DNA from: an uncultured Acidobacteriota bacterium
GTDB lineage: Bacteria; Acidobacteriota; UBA6911; RPQK01; JAPXNP01
Assembly (NCBI GenBank): GCA_963777605.1
Contig: CAVZRV010000031.1
Coordinates: 288,001 to 352,000 of the forward strand
Length of the DNA stretch: 64,000 bases
Direction: 5' to 3'
The notes beneath the pieces were generated by a model. That model worked only from the letters and a program-made list of their open reading frames with translations, did not search any database and was not told where the DNA came from. Of this stretch, positions 42,311-53,322 are shown piece after piece. Both the position numbers and the translations under genes were made by a program. Positions within the stretch are counted from its first letter, which is position 1. Each line of letters starts with the position of its first letter.

Positions 42311-43654
42311 GTGAAAATGAAGAACTTGCAGACGATGATTAGCCTGCTCCGGTCTCTTGCCCTGATAGGTTCGATCTTTTCCCTCGGGATCGGATCACTT
42401 TGCGCTGCCGGTTCCGACGATCCGGTGACAAGCGACTACTTCGTGGACAACCCTCAGCTGGGGGAGTACATCGAGAGGTCGCTGACGCATCACCCCGGTC
42501 TGCAGGAAGTACTGGCCCGGTACCGCGCAGCACTTCAAAAGGCGCCTCAGGTCGATTCCCTTCCCGACCCGATGCTCAATTTCACCCAGTTCGTCCGCAG
42601 CGTGGAAACCCGGGTCGGCCCCCAGGTCAACATCGTCAACCTGAGCCAGAAGTTCCCCTGGTTCGGAAAGCTCGACCTTCAGGGACAAATCGCAATCAAG
42701 CAGGCCGTCGTTGACTACCAACAGTACCGGGCGCTCGAACGCGACCTGATCGCCCAGGTCAAAGCCGCCTATTACGAACTGCTCTACGTCGATCGCGCCC
42801 TGCGAATCACGGCGGAAGAGCAATCACTGCACGATCATTATGAGAAGCTGGCCCAGTCCCGTTACGCCAGCGGCGACGGCCTCCAGCAGGGCGTGATCAA
42901 GATCCAGACCGAGCTCACCAAGCTGGTCGACCGGACCAAGCTGCTGACGCTGCAGCGGGGGTCGGTCATCGCCCAGCTCAATACGCTGATGGATCGGCCA
43001 CCGGAATCCGCGATTGCGGTCTCGGACACGTCCCAGCTTCCCAAGGTCAGCCTCAACCTGGAGGAGTTGTACCACCTCGGTGAGTTTCACCGACCGGAGT
43101 TGAAGGCGTCGATGGCCCGGATCGAGAAGAGCGAACGGGCCGTCGCACTGGAGAAAAAGAGCTACTGGCCCGACGTCACAGTGGGGGCCGGGTTCATCAA
43201 TGTTCAGGGTCGCGAGGACGCGGCCGGCATTGCCCAGCCTCCGCCCGACAACGGCAAGAATGCCTTCAACTTTTCGGTCGGCATCAACATTCCGATCTGG
43301 CGCGACAAGTACCGGGCCGGGGTGGTGGAGGCGGCCGAGAACCTGATCGCCAGTAAAAAGAATTACGCCAACATCCGCAACAACATCAAACTGTCGATCC
43401 TCGACCAGGTTCTTCGCCTGCAGACACTCGAAGAACAGATCGGCCTCTATCGGGACGTACTGATTCCCCAGGCCGAGGAATCACTCAAATCGACCGAATC
43501 GGCCTATGAAACGGGCCAGGTCAAGGTCCTGGACTTACTCGACAGCGAGCGCCTGCTGTTGTCTTCGCGACTGATGCAGGAACGCTATCGCATAGACTAC
43601 CTGAAAGCGCTCTCGGAACTGGAGCGGGCGGTGGGAACCCGGTTTCCCCGCTAA
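42311..43654 (+). CDS. TolC-family outer membrane factor (CusC-like)
   Basis: SLPDPML, SQKFPWFGKL, YWPD, INIPIW and AYETG motifs; first of the OMF-MFP-RND trio. Confidence 0.9.
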   Translation: MKMKNLQTMISLLRSLALIGSIFSLGIGSLCAAGSDDPVTSDYFVDNPQLGEYIERSLTHHPGLQEVLARYRAALQKAPQVDSLPDPMLNFTQFVRSVETRVGPQVNIVNLSQKFPWFGKLDLQGQIAIKQAVVDYQQYRALERDLIAQVKAAYYELLYVDRALRITAEEQSLHDHYEKLAQSRYASGDGLQQGVIKIQTELTKLVDRTKLLTLQRGSVIAQLNTLMDRPPESAIAVSDTSQLPKVSLNLEELYHLGEFHRPELKASMARIEKSERAVALEKKSYWPDVTVGAGFINVQGREDAAGIAQPPPDNGKNAFNFSVGINIPIWRDKYRAGVVEAAENLIASKKNYANIRNNIKLSILDQVLRLQTLEEQIGLYRDVLIPQAEESLKSTESAYETGQVKVLDLLDSERLLLSSRLMQERYRIDYLKALSELERAVGTRFPR

Positions 43655-43670
43655 CGAGGGATCGCACACC

Positions 43671-45240
43671 ATGAAGAAAGGAATTCTGATCGGCTTGCTG
43701 TCGTTCCTGCTGGGAATCACGGCGGCTGTGGTCATATTACTGAACCCGATGGGCTGGTCCTGGGCCGGCAGTGCCCATCACTACGTGCTGGCCGCACTGC
43801 AAAAGGTGGAACCCGCCGGAGCCGAAGGAGAATCCGGACAACTCTACACCTGCGGCATGCACCCCCAGGTCATCCAGGACCATCCGGGGACCTGCCCCAT
43901 CTGCGGAATGGACCTCATCCCCCTGAAGTCGTCGACCGGCGGCGCCGGGGCCGCAGCCGAGAAAACCGAGTCGTCCGGCGAGCGGAAGATCCTTTACTAC
44001 CGCGCACCGATGGACCCGACCTACACCTCGGACAAACCGGGCAAGTCCCCTATGGGGATGGACCTGGTCCCGGTCTACGCCGATGAGCAAGGTGCTGAAG
44101 AGCCGAAGAACACAGTCCACATCGACCCCTCGTTCGTCCAGACGATCGGGGTCCAGACCGCGGTGGTCAAACGCCAGGACATCCCCTACACGGTCCGCAC
44201 GGTCGGCAACATCACCTACAACGACGAGCAACTCCACTGGGTCACCACCAAGTACGAGGGCTGGATCGAGAAGGTCTACGTCAACTACGTAGGGCGAGCC
44301 GGTCGAAAAGGGACAGAGGCTCTTCGAGATCTACAGCCCGCAACTGGTGACGACCCAGAAGGAGTACCTGGATGCCCTGGAGTACGCCGAGCGCCTGAGC
44401 ACCGGCGATTACGAGGACGTCAAGAGACGTGCACGGGCGCTCCTCGAGTCAACGCGGGAACGGCTTGCCTACTGGGATATCAGCGCCGAACAGATCGAAG
44501 ACCTGGAGAAAACTCGCAAACTCCGGCGAACCCTGACGGTCTTCTCGCCGACCGGGGGCCTGGTGGTCGAGAAGATGAACCAGTCGCTCGAGGGGATGTT
44601 CGTCAAACCCGGCATGAACCTCTACAAGATCGTCGATCTGTCGACCATCTGGGTTGAAGCAGAGGTCTTCGAGAACCAGATTCCCTGGCTGAAGATCGGG
44701 CAGTCGGCCCTGCTCGAGTTTCCCTATCAACCGGGGCGCAAGTACCGGGCCCGGGTGCGCTTCATCTACCCCTACTTCAACGACAAGACGAGGACGATGA
44801 AGCTCTCCCTGTCGCTGCCCAATCCCGGATTCGAGTTTCGCAAGGACATGTACGTGGACGTGACGTTCAACGTTCCGAGCGCCCACAACGTCATTGCGGT
44901 TCCGGATGAGGCGGTGATCTTCTCCGGCACCCGCAACCTGGTCGTGACCAGCGTCGGAGAGGGCGAGTTTCAGGTCAAGGAAGTGACCCTGGGCCTGCAC
45001 GGCGAGGGCCTGTACGAAGTCAAGGAGGGCCTCAAGGAAGGGGAGACCATCGTCACCTCATCCCAGTTCCTGATCGATTCGGAAAGCAGCCTGAAGGAGG
45101 CGATCCAGAAGCTGGTGGCAGTCCGGAAAACCGGACAGGCCGATTCAAAGGCCACCGGCCAGGAATCGCCTGAAACTTCCAAGGCTCCCATGAAGATGCC
45201 CATGCCGAAGGAAGAGCAGAAAACGCCGCAGCAGCGGTAA
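43671..45240 (+). CDS. cusB: CusB-like periplasmic adaptor with HMBD domains; frameshift at ~44295
   Basis: YTCGMHP..CPICGMDL, YRAPMDP..SPMGMDLVP, GWIEK and QFLIDSES motifs. Confidence 0.88.
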
Positions 45241-45291
45241 TCGCCACGTCCGGGCGGTCAATCCGCCGGCACTCGCAATTAGAAGAGACTC

Positions 45292-48200
45292 ATGCTCGAA
45301 AAAATCATTGACTGGTCGATACGGAACAAGTTCTTCGTCATCCTCGCGACCCTTTTCGCAGTGCTGGCGGGCATCTATTCGATCCAGAACACGCCCGCTC
45401 GACGCCATTCCGGATCTGTCCGACGTCCAGGTCATCATCTACACCGATTATCCCGGCCAGGCCCCCCAGGTCGTCGAAGACCAGATCACCTACCCGATCA
45501 CGACCCAGATGCTGGCGGTGCCATTCGCGAAGGTGGTCCGCGGCTACTCCTTTTTCGGGTTCTCCTTCGTCTACATCATCTTCGAGGACGGAACCGACAT
45601 GTACTGGGCGCGCAGCCGGGTCCTGGAATACCTGAACTACGTTTCAGGACGGCTGCCCAAAGGGATTACCCCGTCACTCGGACCCGATGCCACCGGGGTG
45701 GGCTGGGCCTACATGTACGCCCTGAAGTCGAAGACCCGCAACCTGGCCGAACTGCGCAGCATCCAGGACTGGTTTCTGAAGTACGAGTTGACCTCGGTTG
45801 ACGGCGTCTCCGAGGTCGCCAGCATCGGCGGCTTCGTCAAGCAATACCAGATCACGGTCGATCCCAACAAACTGCGGGCCTACAACATTTCGATCTCCAA
45901 GATCCGCAACGCCGTCCAGCGGAGCAACAGCGACGTGGGCGGCCGGGTGCTGGAGATGGCCGAAACCGAGTTCATGATCCGGGGCCTGGGCTACATCGAA
46001 AACGCGGAGGACATCAAGGATATCGTCCTCGGCGTCGACCCCTCCGGGATCCCGATCCTGATGAGGGACGTCGCCATCGTCCAGATCGGCCCCGACATCC
46101 GCCGGGGCCTGGCCGAACTGGACGGTAAGGGGGAAACCGTTGGGGGGATCATCGTCGTTCGCTACGGCGCCAATGCGTACCAGGTCATCCAGGACGTCAA
46201 ACAGAAGATCGAGGATCTGAAACAGGGGCTGCCGAAAGACGTCGAGATCGTCCCGGTCTATGACCGGACCAACCTGATCGAGCGATCGGTTAGCACGCTG
46301 AAGGAGAAGCTGATCGAGGAGGGCCTGGCGGTTGCCCTGATCTGCATCCTCTTCCTGCTCCACTTCCGCTCCTCCCTGGTCGCCATCATCACGCTCCCGA
46401 TCGCCGTCCTGATGGCCTTCACCATCATGCACTACCAGGGCATCAACGCGAACATCATGTCGCTGGGGGGGATTGCCATCGCTGTGGGGGCCATGGTCGA
46501 TGCCGCCATCATCATGATCGAGAATGCCCACAAGCACCTCGAACAGGACCAGGGGAAGAAGGATCACTGGCAGATCATTGCCGATTCCGCCAAGGAAGTG
46601 GGCCCGACGCTGTTCTTCGCCCTCCTGGTCATCACCGTGTCCTTCGCCCCCGTCTTCACCCTGGAAGCCCAGGAAGGCCGTCTCTTCAAGCCCCTGGCCT
46701 ACACCAAGACTTACTCCATGGCGATGGCCTCGATTCTGGCGGTCACCATCGTGCCGGTGCTGATGGGCTACTGGATCCGGGGGAAGATCCGCTCGGAGGA
46801 ACGGAACCCGATCAGCCGGTTGCTGATTTGGATCTACGATCCGTTGCTTCACTTCATGCTCCGCTGGAAGTGGGTCGTCCTCCTGGTGGCGCTGTTAATC
46901 GTGGTCTCGATCTACATTCCCTACACCCATATCGGCTCGGAGTTCATGCCGCCGCTCTGGGAAGGGGACCTGCTCTACATGCCGACCACACTGCCCGGCA
47001 TTTCGATCACCAAGGCCCGAGAACTGCTCCAGCAGACCGACAAGATCATCGCGACGTTCCCCGAGGTGGAACGCGTCTTCGGCAAGGTCGGCCGGGCCGA
47101 CACGGCGACCGATCCCGCGCCCTTGTCCATGATTGAAACCACCATCACGCTCAAGCCCGAGGAGGAGTGGCGGCCGGGGATGACTCCGAAGAAACTGATC
47201 GCCGAGATGAACCAGGCCATCCAGTTCCCGGGCGTCACCAACGCCTGGACGATGCCCATCAAGACGCGCATCGACATGCTGTCGACCGGAATCAAGACAC
47301 CGGTCGGCATCAAGCTTTCAGGGCCGAATCTCCAGGTGTTGGAGGATGTCGGCAAGGAGGTTGAAGCCGTCGTCCGCAAGGTCCCCGGGACACTGTCGGT
47401 CTACGCGGAACGGGTCATGGGGGGCAACTTCCTCGACTTCGACATCGATCGGAAGGCGCTGGCCCGCTACGGTTTGACCGTGGGCGATGTCCAGGACGTG
47501 ATCCAGTCGGCTATCGGTGGGATGAACCTGACCACGACCGTGGAAGGACTGGAACGCTATCCGGTCAATCTCCGCTACAGCCGGGAACTGCGCGACAACA
47601 TCCAGGATCTGAAGGAGGTCCTGGTCGTCGACGCCCAACGGCGCCCAGGTGCCCCTCGGCTACCTGGCCAAAGTCGAGATCAAGAAGGGCGCTCCGTCGA
47701 TCAAGACCGAAAACTCGCGGCCCAATGCCTGGATCTACGTGGACATCTCCGACGTCGACGTCGGCACCTACGTCACCATGGCCCGTCGGGCCGTCGCCGA
47801 GCAGGTCCAGATCCCGGCCGGCTACAACCTGGTCTGGAGCGGACAGTTCGAGTACATGCAGCGGGCCCAGAAGCGCCTCATGTACGTGATTCCGATGACG
47901 CTGATGATCATCTTCGTCATCATCTATCTCAACACACAATCGGTGTTCGAAACCCTGATCGTCTTTCTCGCGGTGCCCTTCTCGCTGGTCGGGTGCATTC
48001 TGGTTCATCTGGCTATTGGGCTACGACATGAGTATCGCCGTCTGGGTGGGAATCATCGCGCTCGCAGGCCTTGACGCGGAGACTGGCGTGGTCATGCTCC
48101 TCTACCTGGACGTGGCTCACGAGAAGATGGTCAAGGAAGGTCGCATGAACTGGTTGCGGGACCTGGTCGAGGCCATCTACCACGGCGCCGTGCACCGGGT

Positions 48201-48435
48201 GCGGCCCAAGATCATGACCGCCAGCGTCATCCTGGCCGGGCTGCTCCCCATCATGTGGAGCCACGGCACGGGGGCCGACGTCATGAAACGCATCGCCGCC
48301 CCCATGGTGGGGGGCGTCGTGACCTCGGTCATCATGGAACTGGGCGTCTACCCGGTCATTTACTACATCTGGAAAGGATGGAAGCTGAAAGATGCTCCCG
48401 ACGAACCGGTTCAGGAAGAATCCGTTGTTGTATAG
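45292..48435 (+). CDS. cusA: CusA/CzcA heavy-metal RND permease; frameshifts at ~45395, ~47630 and ~48000
   Basis: DAIPDLSDVQVI, GPDATGVG, GAMVDAAI, GSEFMPPL.EG.LLYMP, AETGVVM and RPKIMT motifs. Confidence 0.93.
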
Positions 48436-49126
48436 ATTGTTTTGGGCGGTCGTCACCGTCGGGTTTCTGAGTGTCGGCGGCGCAGCAGCCGCCGGATCGA
48501 TCCACGTCCGCCATGATCACGATCCGTGGGGTGGATGTGAAGGAGAACTCACCGTCGATGATTCCGGCATCCAGTACCACAGTGAAGAAAAGCCGGAACA
48601 CGACCGGGACTGGACCTGGCTCGATATCCAGGCCGTGGATCGACGCTCCCCGGATCGCTTTATGATCCTGACTTACAAGGCTCAGAAATGGCTGCTGGGA
48701 AGAGACCGTCCCTGGGATTTCAACGTGCTGGATCCAGACTCCGCAGGACTCAGTGACGACCTGTTCCGCATCATCATGACCCGCCTGGAACGGCCCGTGG
48801 TCAACCGCGAGGCGCGACCGATCGACGTCCTCTACGAGGTGCCGGTCAAGCACCTGCACACCTTTGGCGGCTGCGAGGGCACGCTCCGGTTTGGAAAGGA
48901 CTGGATCGTCTATGCCACCGATCACGCGGAGGATCAGCGATCCTGGCGCCGCAACGTGGAAATCGCCAACCTGTGGTCCACGGGGAGGTATGATTTAGAG
49001 ATCGAGGTCTACGAAAAAGAAGGGGAAGACCTTCTGCGAACCCGCTCCTTTCGCTTCGAGTTGAAACGCCCTTTGGACGAGGACTTTTACGAGCAACTCA
49101 AGCGGGAGATGCTGCCTTCGAGGTAA
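48428..49126 (+). CDS. Exported protein with two tandem HxH..GGCEG domains
   Basis: Signal-like N-terminus; HDHDPWGGCEGELT and HLHTFGGCEGTLR repeats; overlaps the cusA stop. Confidence 0.7.
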   Translation: MYRLFWAVVTVGFLSVGGAAAAGSIHVRHDHDPWGGCEGELTVDDSGIQYHSEEKPEHDRDWTWLDIQAVDRRSPDRFMILTYKAQKWLLGRDRPWDFNVLDPDSAGLSDDLFRIIMTRLERPVVNREARPIDVLYEVPVKHLHTFGGCEGTLRFGKDWIVYATDHAEDQRSWRRNVEIANLWSTGRYDLEIEVYEKEGEDLLRTRSFRFELKRPLDEDFYEQLKREMLPSR

Positions 49127-49129
49127 ACC

Positions 49130-49621
49130 ATGTGGAAACAAATCCTTGCCGGCGTTGTGATCCTGGCCCTGGCCGGGGCCGCCGCCTACCGGTACTGGCC
49201 CGAGGAGATGCCGGTCTGCCAGATCTGCCGCCGTCCCATGCATGCATCGACCTCGTTTTTCGTGACCCTCCAGGACGGGCAGGAAGTGGAACTTTGCTGC
49301 CCCCGATGTGGGCTCCGTTTCCAGCAGGGACGCGACGATGTCCGTTCGATTGAAGTCACCGACTACCTGAGCCACCGCCGCCTCCAGGCTTCAGATGCGA
49401 TCTATGTCTCAGGGAGCTCCGTTCATCCCTGCTGCTCTCCGGAGGAGATCCTCAAAGACCAGGCCGGGATCGAGTACGAAAGGACCTGGGATCGCTGCCT
49501 CCCCAGCGTCATTGCCTTCAGTTCGCGAAAAGACGCCGAGGACTTCCGACTCGAACACGGCGGCGAACTCAGGACCTACGCAGAACTCCAGGCAGAGGAA
49601 TCCAACAACAGCGGGGTTTAG
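49130..49621 (+). CDS. NosL-like Cys-rich membrane-anchored protein
   Basis: CQIC..PM, CCPRC, VTDY, AIYV.GS and IAFSSRKDAEDF..EHGG motifs. Confidence 0.7.
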   Translation: MWKQILAGVVILALAGAAAYRYWPEEMPVCQICRRPMHASTSFFVTLQDGQEVELCCPRCGLRFQQGRDDVRSIEVTDYLSHRRLQASDAIYVSGSSVHPCCSPEEILKDQAGIEYERTWDRCLPSVIAFSSRKDAEDFRLEHGGELRTYAELQAEESNNSGV

Positions 49622-50105
49622 TCGGCGGTCAGACCGGTCCGACTCGACCGAAAGGTCGGACAGGTCAGGCCAGTTGTCAGCCCTGTCAGGCGAAGCTCCT
49701 GTTTCCATCCACACCCTGTCCTGCCGGCCAATCTAAAAATTACTCTTGCACTTTGCGCAAAAGCGTTGATAATAATATTAATAAGCCAATGTAGCGATCA
49801 CTATTGTGTAATCATCGCCGCCCCGAGGCAACGCGATCTTCCCTCCCGGATCCCGAATTCTGCCGGTGGTCCATTGGCCGATCGTTTCCATGTGATCCCA
49901 TTCTCCGGCGATTCAGGAGCACAGAATCCCGGAATCCGGCGTGATTGAGGTCCTTGCCTGCCGGGTGCAGCAGCAATCACAACCCGTCACCGGAGATCGC
50001 AGCCTTCGCTTTCAGCCGATTTCGGCCGGGCTTCGATTCTCTTGAGCGGCATTAAGCCGCGGAACGATGATACTTAGCAGGACTCCAGATTCGAGAGGAA
50101 AAACC

Positions 50106-51491
50106 ATGATAGACATGGAACCATACCAACCGGGCAACCACCAATTCCCCATCCTTGCTGCGCAACTCCAGCCGGAGCAAACGCCGGCTCATCGGCAACT
50201 CAGAGGGGGCGAGTTCTGGAGACAGATTCCAGCCTACCGGGACATAGCCGAATCTCAATTCAACGACCATGCGTGGCAGTTGAAGCATTCGGTCACGAAC
50301 ACACGCGAGTTGTTCGAAACCGTACAAGGTATGGCGGACCCCGCCTTCCTTCAGGACGCGGCCGCAGGATTCCTCAATGCCCCCATGGCGATCCGGGTGA
50401 CCCCGTACCTGATCGGGCTGATCGACTGGAACGATCCCTATCGCGATCCACTTCGGAAACAGTACATTCCCGTCTCGTCCGAGCAGAGGTTCGACCATCC
50501 GGAACTCGAGATGGATTCGCTGCACGAACAGGCCGGCTCTCCGGTTGCGGGCCTGACTCACCGATATCCGGACAAAGTCCTCCTGCTGGCACTGGATCAC
50601 TGTCCGGTCTACTGTCGCTATTGCACCCGGAGCTACGCCGTCGGGGGAAGTACCGGTACCGTGGAAAAGCGGAAACTCGGCCGGGCGAAGGACCGGCTCG
50701 AATCAGCGTTTGCCTACATTGCATCCCGGCCGGAAATCGAGGATGTGGTCGTCAGCGGAGGCGACACTGCGATGCTCCGTCCGGAGAGGATCAGGTGGAT
50801 AGGGGAAACTTTGCTCGGAATGGAAAACATCTGCCGGATCCGCTTCGCGACCAAGGCTCCCGCGATCCTTCCTCAGAAGATCCTGACCGATCTCGAGTGG
50901 TACCGTGCCATCGCGGACGTTCACCGGCTTGGCCGACAGCTTCATAAGGAAGTCTGCGTCCATACCCATTTCAGCCATCCAAACGAGGTCACTGAGATCT
51001 CCCAGAGGGCAATGAACCGGTTTATGGAAGACGGAATCACCGTCCGGAATCAGGCTGTTCTTCAGCGCAACGTCAATGACAGTGCCGAAACCATGATTCT
51101 CTTGATCCGCAGGTTGTCTTACCTGAACGTTCAGCCTTACTACGTGTACATGCACGACCTCGTCAAAGGCGTCGAAGACCTCCGCACTCCTCTTTCGGCG
51201 GGAATCAACATCGAGAAGCGCGTCCGTGGAACGACCGCCGGGTTCAACACTCCCTCCTTTGTTGTCGATCTCCCCGGGGGCGGAGGAAAGCGATCCGTTC
51301 ACAGTTTCGAGCACTACAATCGGGAGACCGGGATCTCGGTGTTCATCTCGCCCAGCGTCAACGGTGAGAAGCTGTTCCTCTATTACGACCCGGTACATGC
51401 CCTTTCTCCCGCAATCCAGCGGGACTGGTTCGACTCGGATCGACGACGGGAAATGATCGCCGCAGCCCTGGAGGCATTTGAGTGTCTATAA
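50106..51491 (+). CDS. KamA-family radical SAM/PLP enzyme (lysine 2,3-aminomutase-like)
   Basis: LTHRYPDK, CPVYCRYCTR, SGGD, NQAVL, PYY.Y.HD and DLPGGGGK motifs. Confidence 0.92.
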   Translation: MIDMEPYQPGNHQFPILAAQLQPEQTPAHRQLRGGEFWRQIPAYRDIAESQFNDHAWQLKHSVTNTRELFETVQGMADPAFLQDAAAGFLNAPMAIRVTPYLIGLIDWNDPYRDPLRKQYIPVSSEQRFDHPELEMDSLHEQAGSPVAGLTHRYPDKVLLLALDHCPVYCRYCTRSYAVGGSTGTVEKRKLGRAKDRLESAFAYIASRPEIEDVVVSGGDTAMLRPERIRWIGETLLGMENICRIRFATKAPAILPQKILTDLEWYRAIADVHRLGRQLHKEVCVHTHFSHPNEVTEISQRAMNRFMEDGITVRNQAVLQRNVNDSAETMILLIRRLSYLNVQPYYVYMHDLVKGVEDLRTPLSAGINIEKRVRGTTAGFNTPSFVVDLPGGGGKRSVHSFEHYNRETGISVFISPSVNGEKLFLYYDPVHALSPAIQRDWFDSDRRREMIAAALEAFECL

Positions 51492-51529
51492 TGGGCGCAC
51501 GAGCCTCTTAAACCACTTGGAGTGCTGCA

Positions 51530-52024
51530 ATGACCAAAAAGAAGGTCGCCATGATCGGGGCCTACGCGGTCGGCAAGACCAGCCTCGTTCGTCAGTTCGT
51601 GCGCTCACTTTTCGATGAGAAGTACCACAGCACGATCGGAGTGAAAATCGACGAGAAGGAGGTCCGAATCGGAGAGACCGAGGTCAAGCTGATGATCTGG
51701 GATATCGCCGGCGCCGAGGACCGTTTTTCGGTCCCCCTTTCCTACGTTCGGGGAACCTCCGGAATCCTTCTGGTAATCGACGGAACGAGACCCGAGACCC
51801 TGGACCGGGCGTTGGATCTCGTCGAGGAGATTGAGTCCGACATGGATCGCGTCCCCATCGTCGTCGTGCTCAACAAGAGTGATTTGACCGGCGACTGGAA
51901 ATTGGGACAGCAGGAACTGACCAGGCTCGACGTGCTCGACTGTCCACATTACCTGGGAAGCGCCAAGACGGGTGCTGGAGTTGAGGCTGCCTTCCGGGAT
52001 TTGGCCCGGCAAATCATCGACTAG
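51530..52024 (+). CDS. Rab/Ras-like small GTPase (Rup type)
   Basis: G1 GAYAVGKT, G2 STIGV, G3 WDIAG, G4 NKSD, G5 SAK; 164 aa standalone. Confidence 0.92.
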   Translation: MTKKKVAMIGAYAVGKTSLVRQFVRSLFDEKYHSTIGVKIDEKEVRIGETEVKLMIWDIAGAEDRFSVPLSYVRGTSGILLVIDGTRPETLDRALDLVEEIESDMDRVPIVVVLNKSDLTGDWKLGQQELTRLDVLDCPHYLGSAKTGAGVEAAFRDLARQIID

Positions 52025-53208
52025 AGTTCGACGACTGTCTCGGCGCAGGCCAATTCAAGACGACAGCCGCCGTCCAGGTTGCGTTGCAGTGCCTCATCAA
52101 TCCAGTTGCGTTCCGACCAATCCCGGTTCGGGTCATGGTGGCCAATGAGGGTCCGTTTCACGCGACAGCTTCGTGCCATCTCCTGAACGTCCTCGATGCA
52201 ACTGTGCCCCCAGTCCTGCCTCGGGACTGCGGAGGAGCTGCTGACACCTTTGATCCCGTCGTATTCAGCGCGCAGGAATTGCCCATCGCGGTAGAGGAGA
52301 TCGACGTCCATCGAGTTCCGGACGACTCGCTCTTCCGCTTCGAGGCTGGCCTTCTGCAAGGGGTCGTCGGAATCACCTCCCCGCCGGAGTTCATGATCCG
52401 TGCAAAACACGAAGACCTTTCCGCCGCGTTCGATTCGGTAGGCCAGACAGGGCGCCGGGTGAAAAACCTCGAAGGGGGCAATTCGGGTTTGACCCAACTG
52501 GATCGGGTCATGCAGGTGGTGGAAGCGCTGCGTGAGGCGGTCGCCCTTCCCGGGCGGCGTCTGTTCGAGATCACGAATCTCACAGGCTTCAAATTTCGTC
52601 GGCATCAGGCTGAAGAAGAGCGGGGTCTGAACCCCCTTCAAGGTCTCGTCGACATGTTTCGAGAAAATGCCCAGGTTGGTGTCCAACGATTTCAGAAACT
52701 GCCGGTTTCCGTGGATGTGCAGGGTGTTCCTCGGGTCAAAGCAAACGGCGGCCTGGTCAAATCCCTCGGTGTGGTCCAGGTGCGAATGGCTACCAAAGAT
52801 GTACAGTTCCCGCCCTGGACGATCAGCCCACTTGGCCTGGAGGTCCTTGGCGCAGTTGCGAAATCCGCTCCCGCAATCGAGCACGATATCGTAGCCGTCA
52901 GCGGTTTCAATTCGGACGCAGGTTGTCCAGCCCCCGTAGCTCCGGATTACGCGTCGGTCGAACCGGTTCCGGTAGGCCCGCAGGTTCCGTCGATTCACCG
53001 GCCCTCCGAGAAGGTCCTCAATTCGGAAGCGGATTTCCCCGGAAGTGGGTTCGGTGAATCGACTGAGATCGTTGAATACGGTTTGCAGTAGCTCGGTCTC
53101 GAGAAGTTCGCGCTGTGCAGCCCTCTCCGCCTGGTCAGGAAAGACAGACCCGCTGCCCTGGGTTCCGTAGAATCGAATCCGTAAGTTCAAAATCGGCTCA
53201 CTTACCAT
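52021..53208 (-). CDS. MBL-fold metallo-hydrolase (phosphodiesterase-like)
   Basis: GTQGS, YGGWTTCV, DCGSG, HSHLDH, TDHE, WGHS and HHDP motifs. Confidence 0.85.
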   Translation of the reverse strand: MVSEPILNLRIRFYGTQGSGSVFPDQAERAAQRELLETELLQTVFNDLSRFTEPTSGEIRFRIEDLLGGPVNRRNLRAYRNRFDRRVIRSYGGWTTCVRIETADGYDIVLDCGSGFRNCAKDLQAKWADRPGRELYIFGSHSHLDHTEGFDQAAVCFDPRNTLHIHGNRQFLKSLDTNLGIFSKHVDETLKGVQTPLFFSLMPTKFEACEIRDLEQTPPGKGDRLTQRFHHLHDPIQLGQTRIAPFEVFHPAPCLAYRIERGGKVFVFCTDHELRRGGDSDDPLQKASLEAEERVVRNSMDVDLLYRDGQFLRAEYDGIKGVSSSSAVPRQDWGHSCIEDVQEMARSCRVKRTLIGHHDPNRDWSERNWIDEALQRNLDGGCRLELACAETVVEL

Positions 53209-53322
53209 TGCTACCTCAATTTCCCGTTGAGTCCACTTCCCAAAGCACCCAGACTCGCAACGCCCGTCCGGGCAGAACGCCCTGGGACTTCCTCTGAAAA
53301 GGTCGAGTCAGCGACCCGACGA

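Noticed and set aside
17541-49621. One integrative island running from tRNA-Pro through the copper region
   Set aside because: I saw no integrase, attR duplication or conjugation/phage genes, and the host-type repeats occur both inside and outside the region.
50106-51491. Calling the radical SAM gene epmB or kamA
   Set aside because: It is longer than EpmB, has no efp/epmA or lysine-fermentation neighbours, and its substrate cannot be assigned from sequence.
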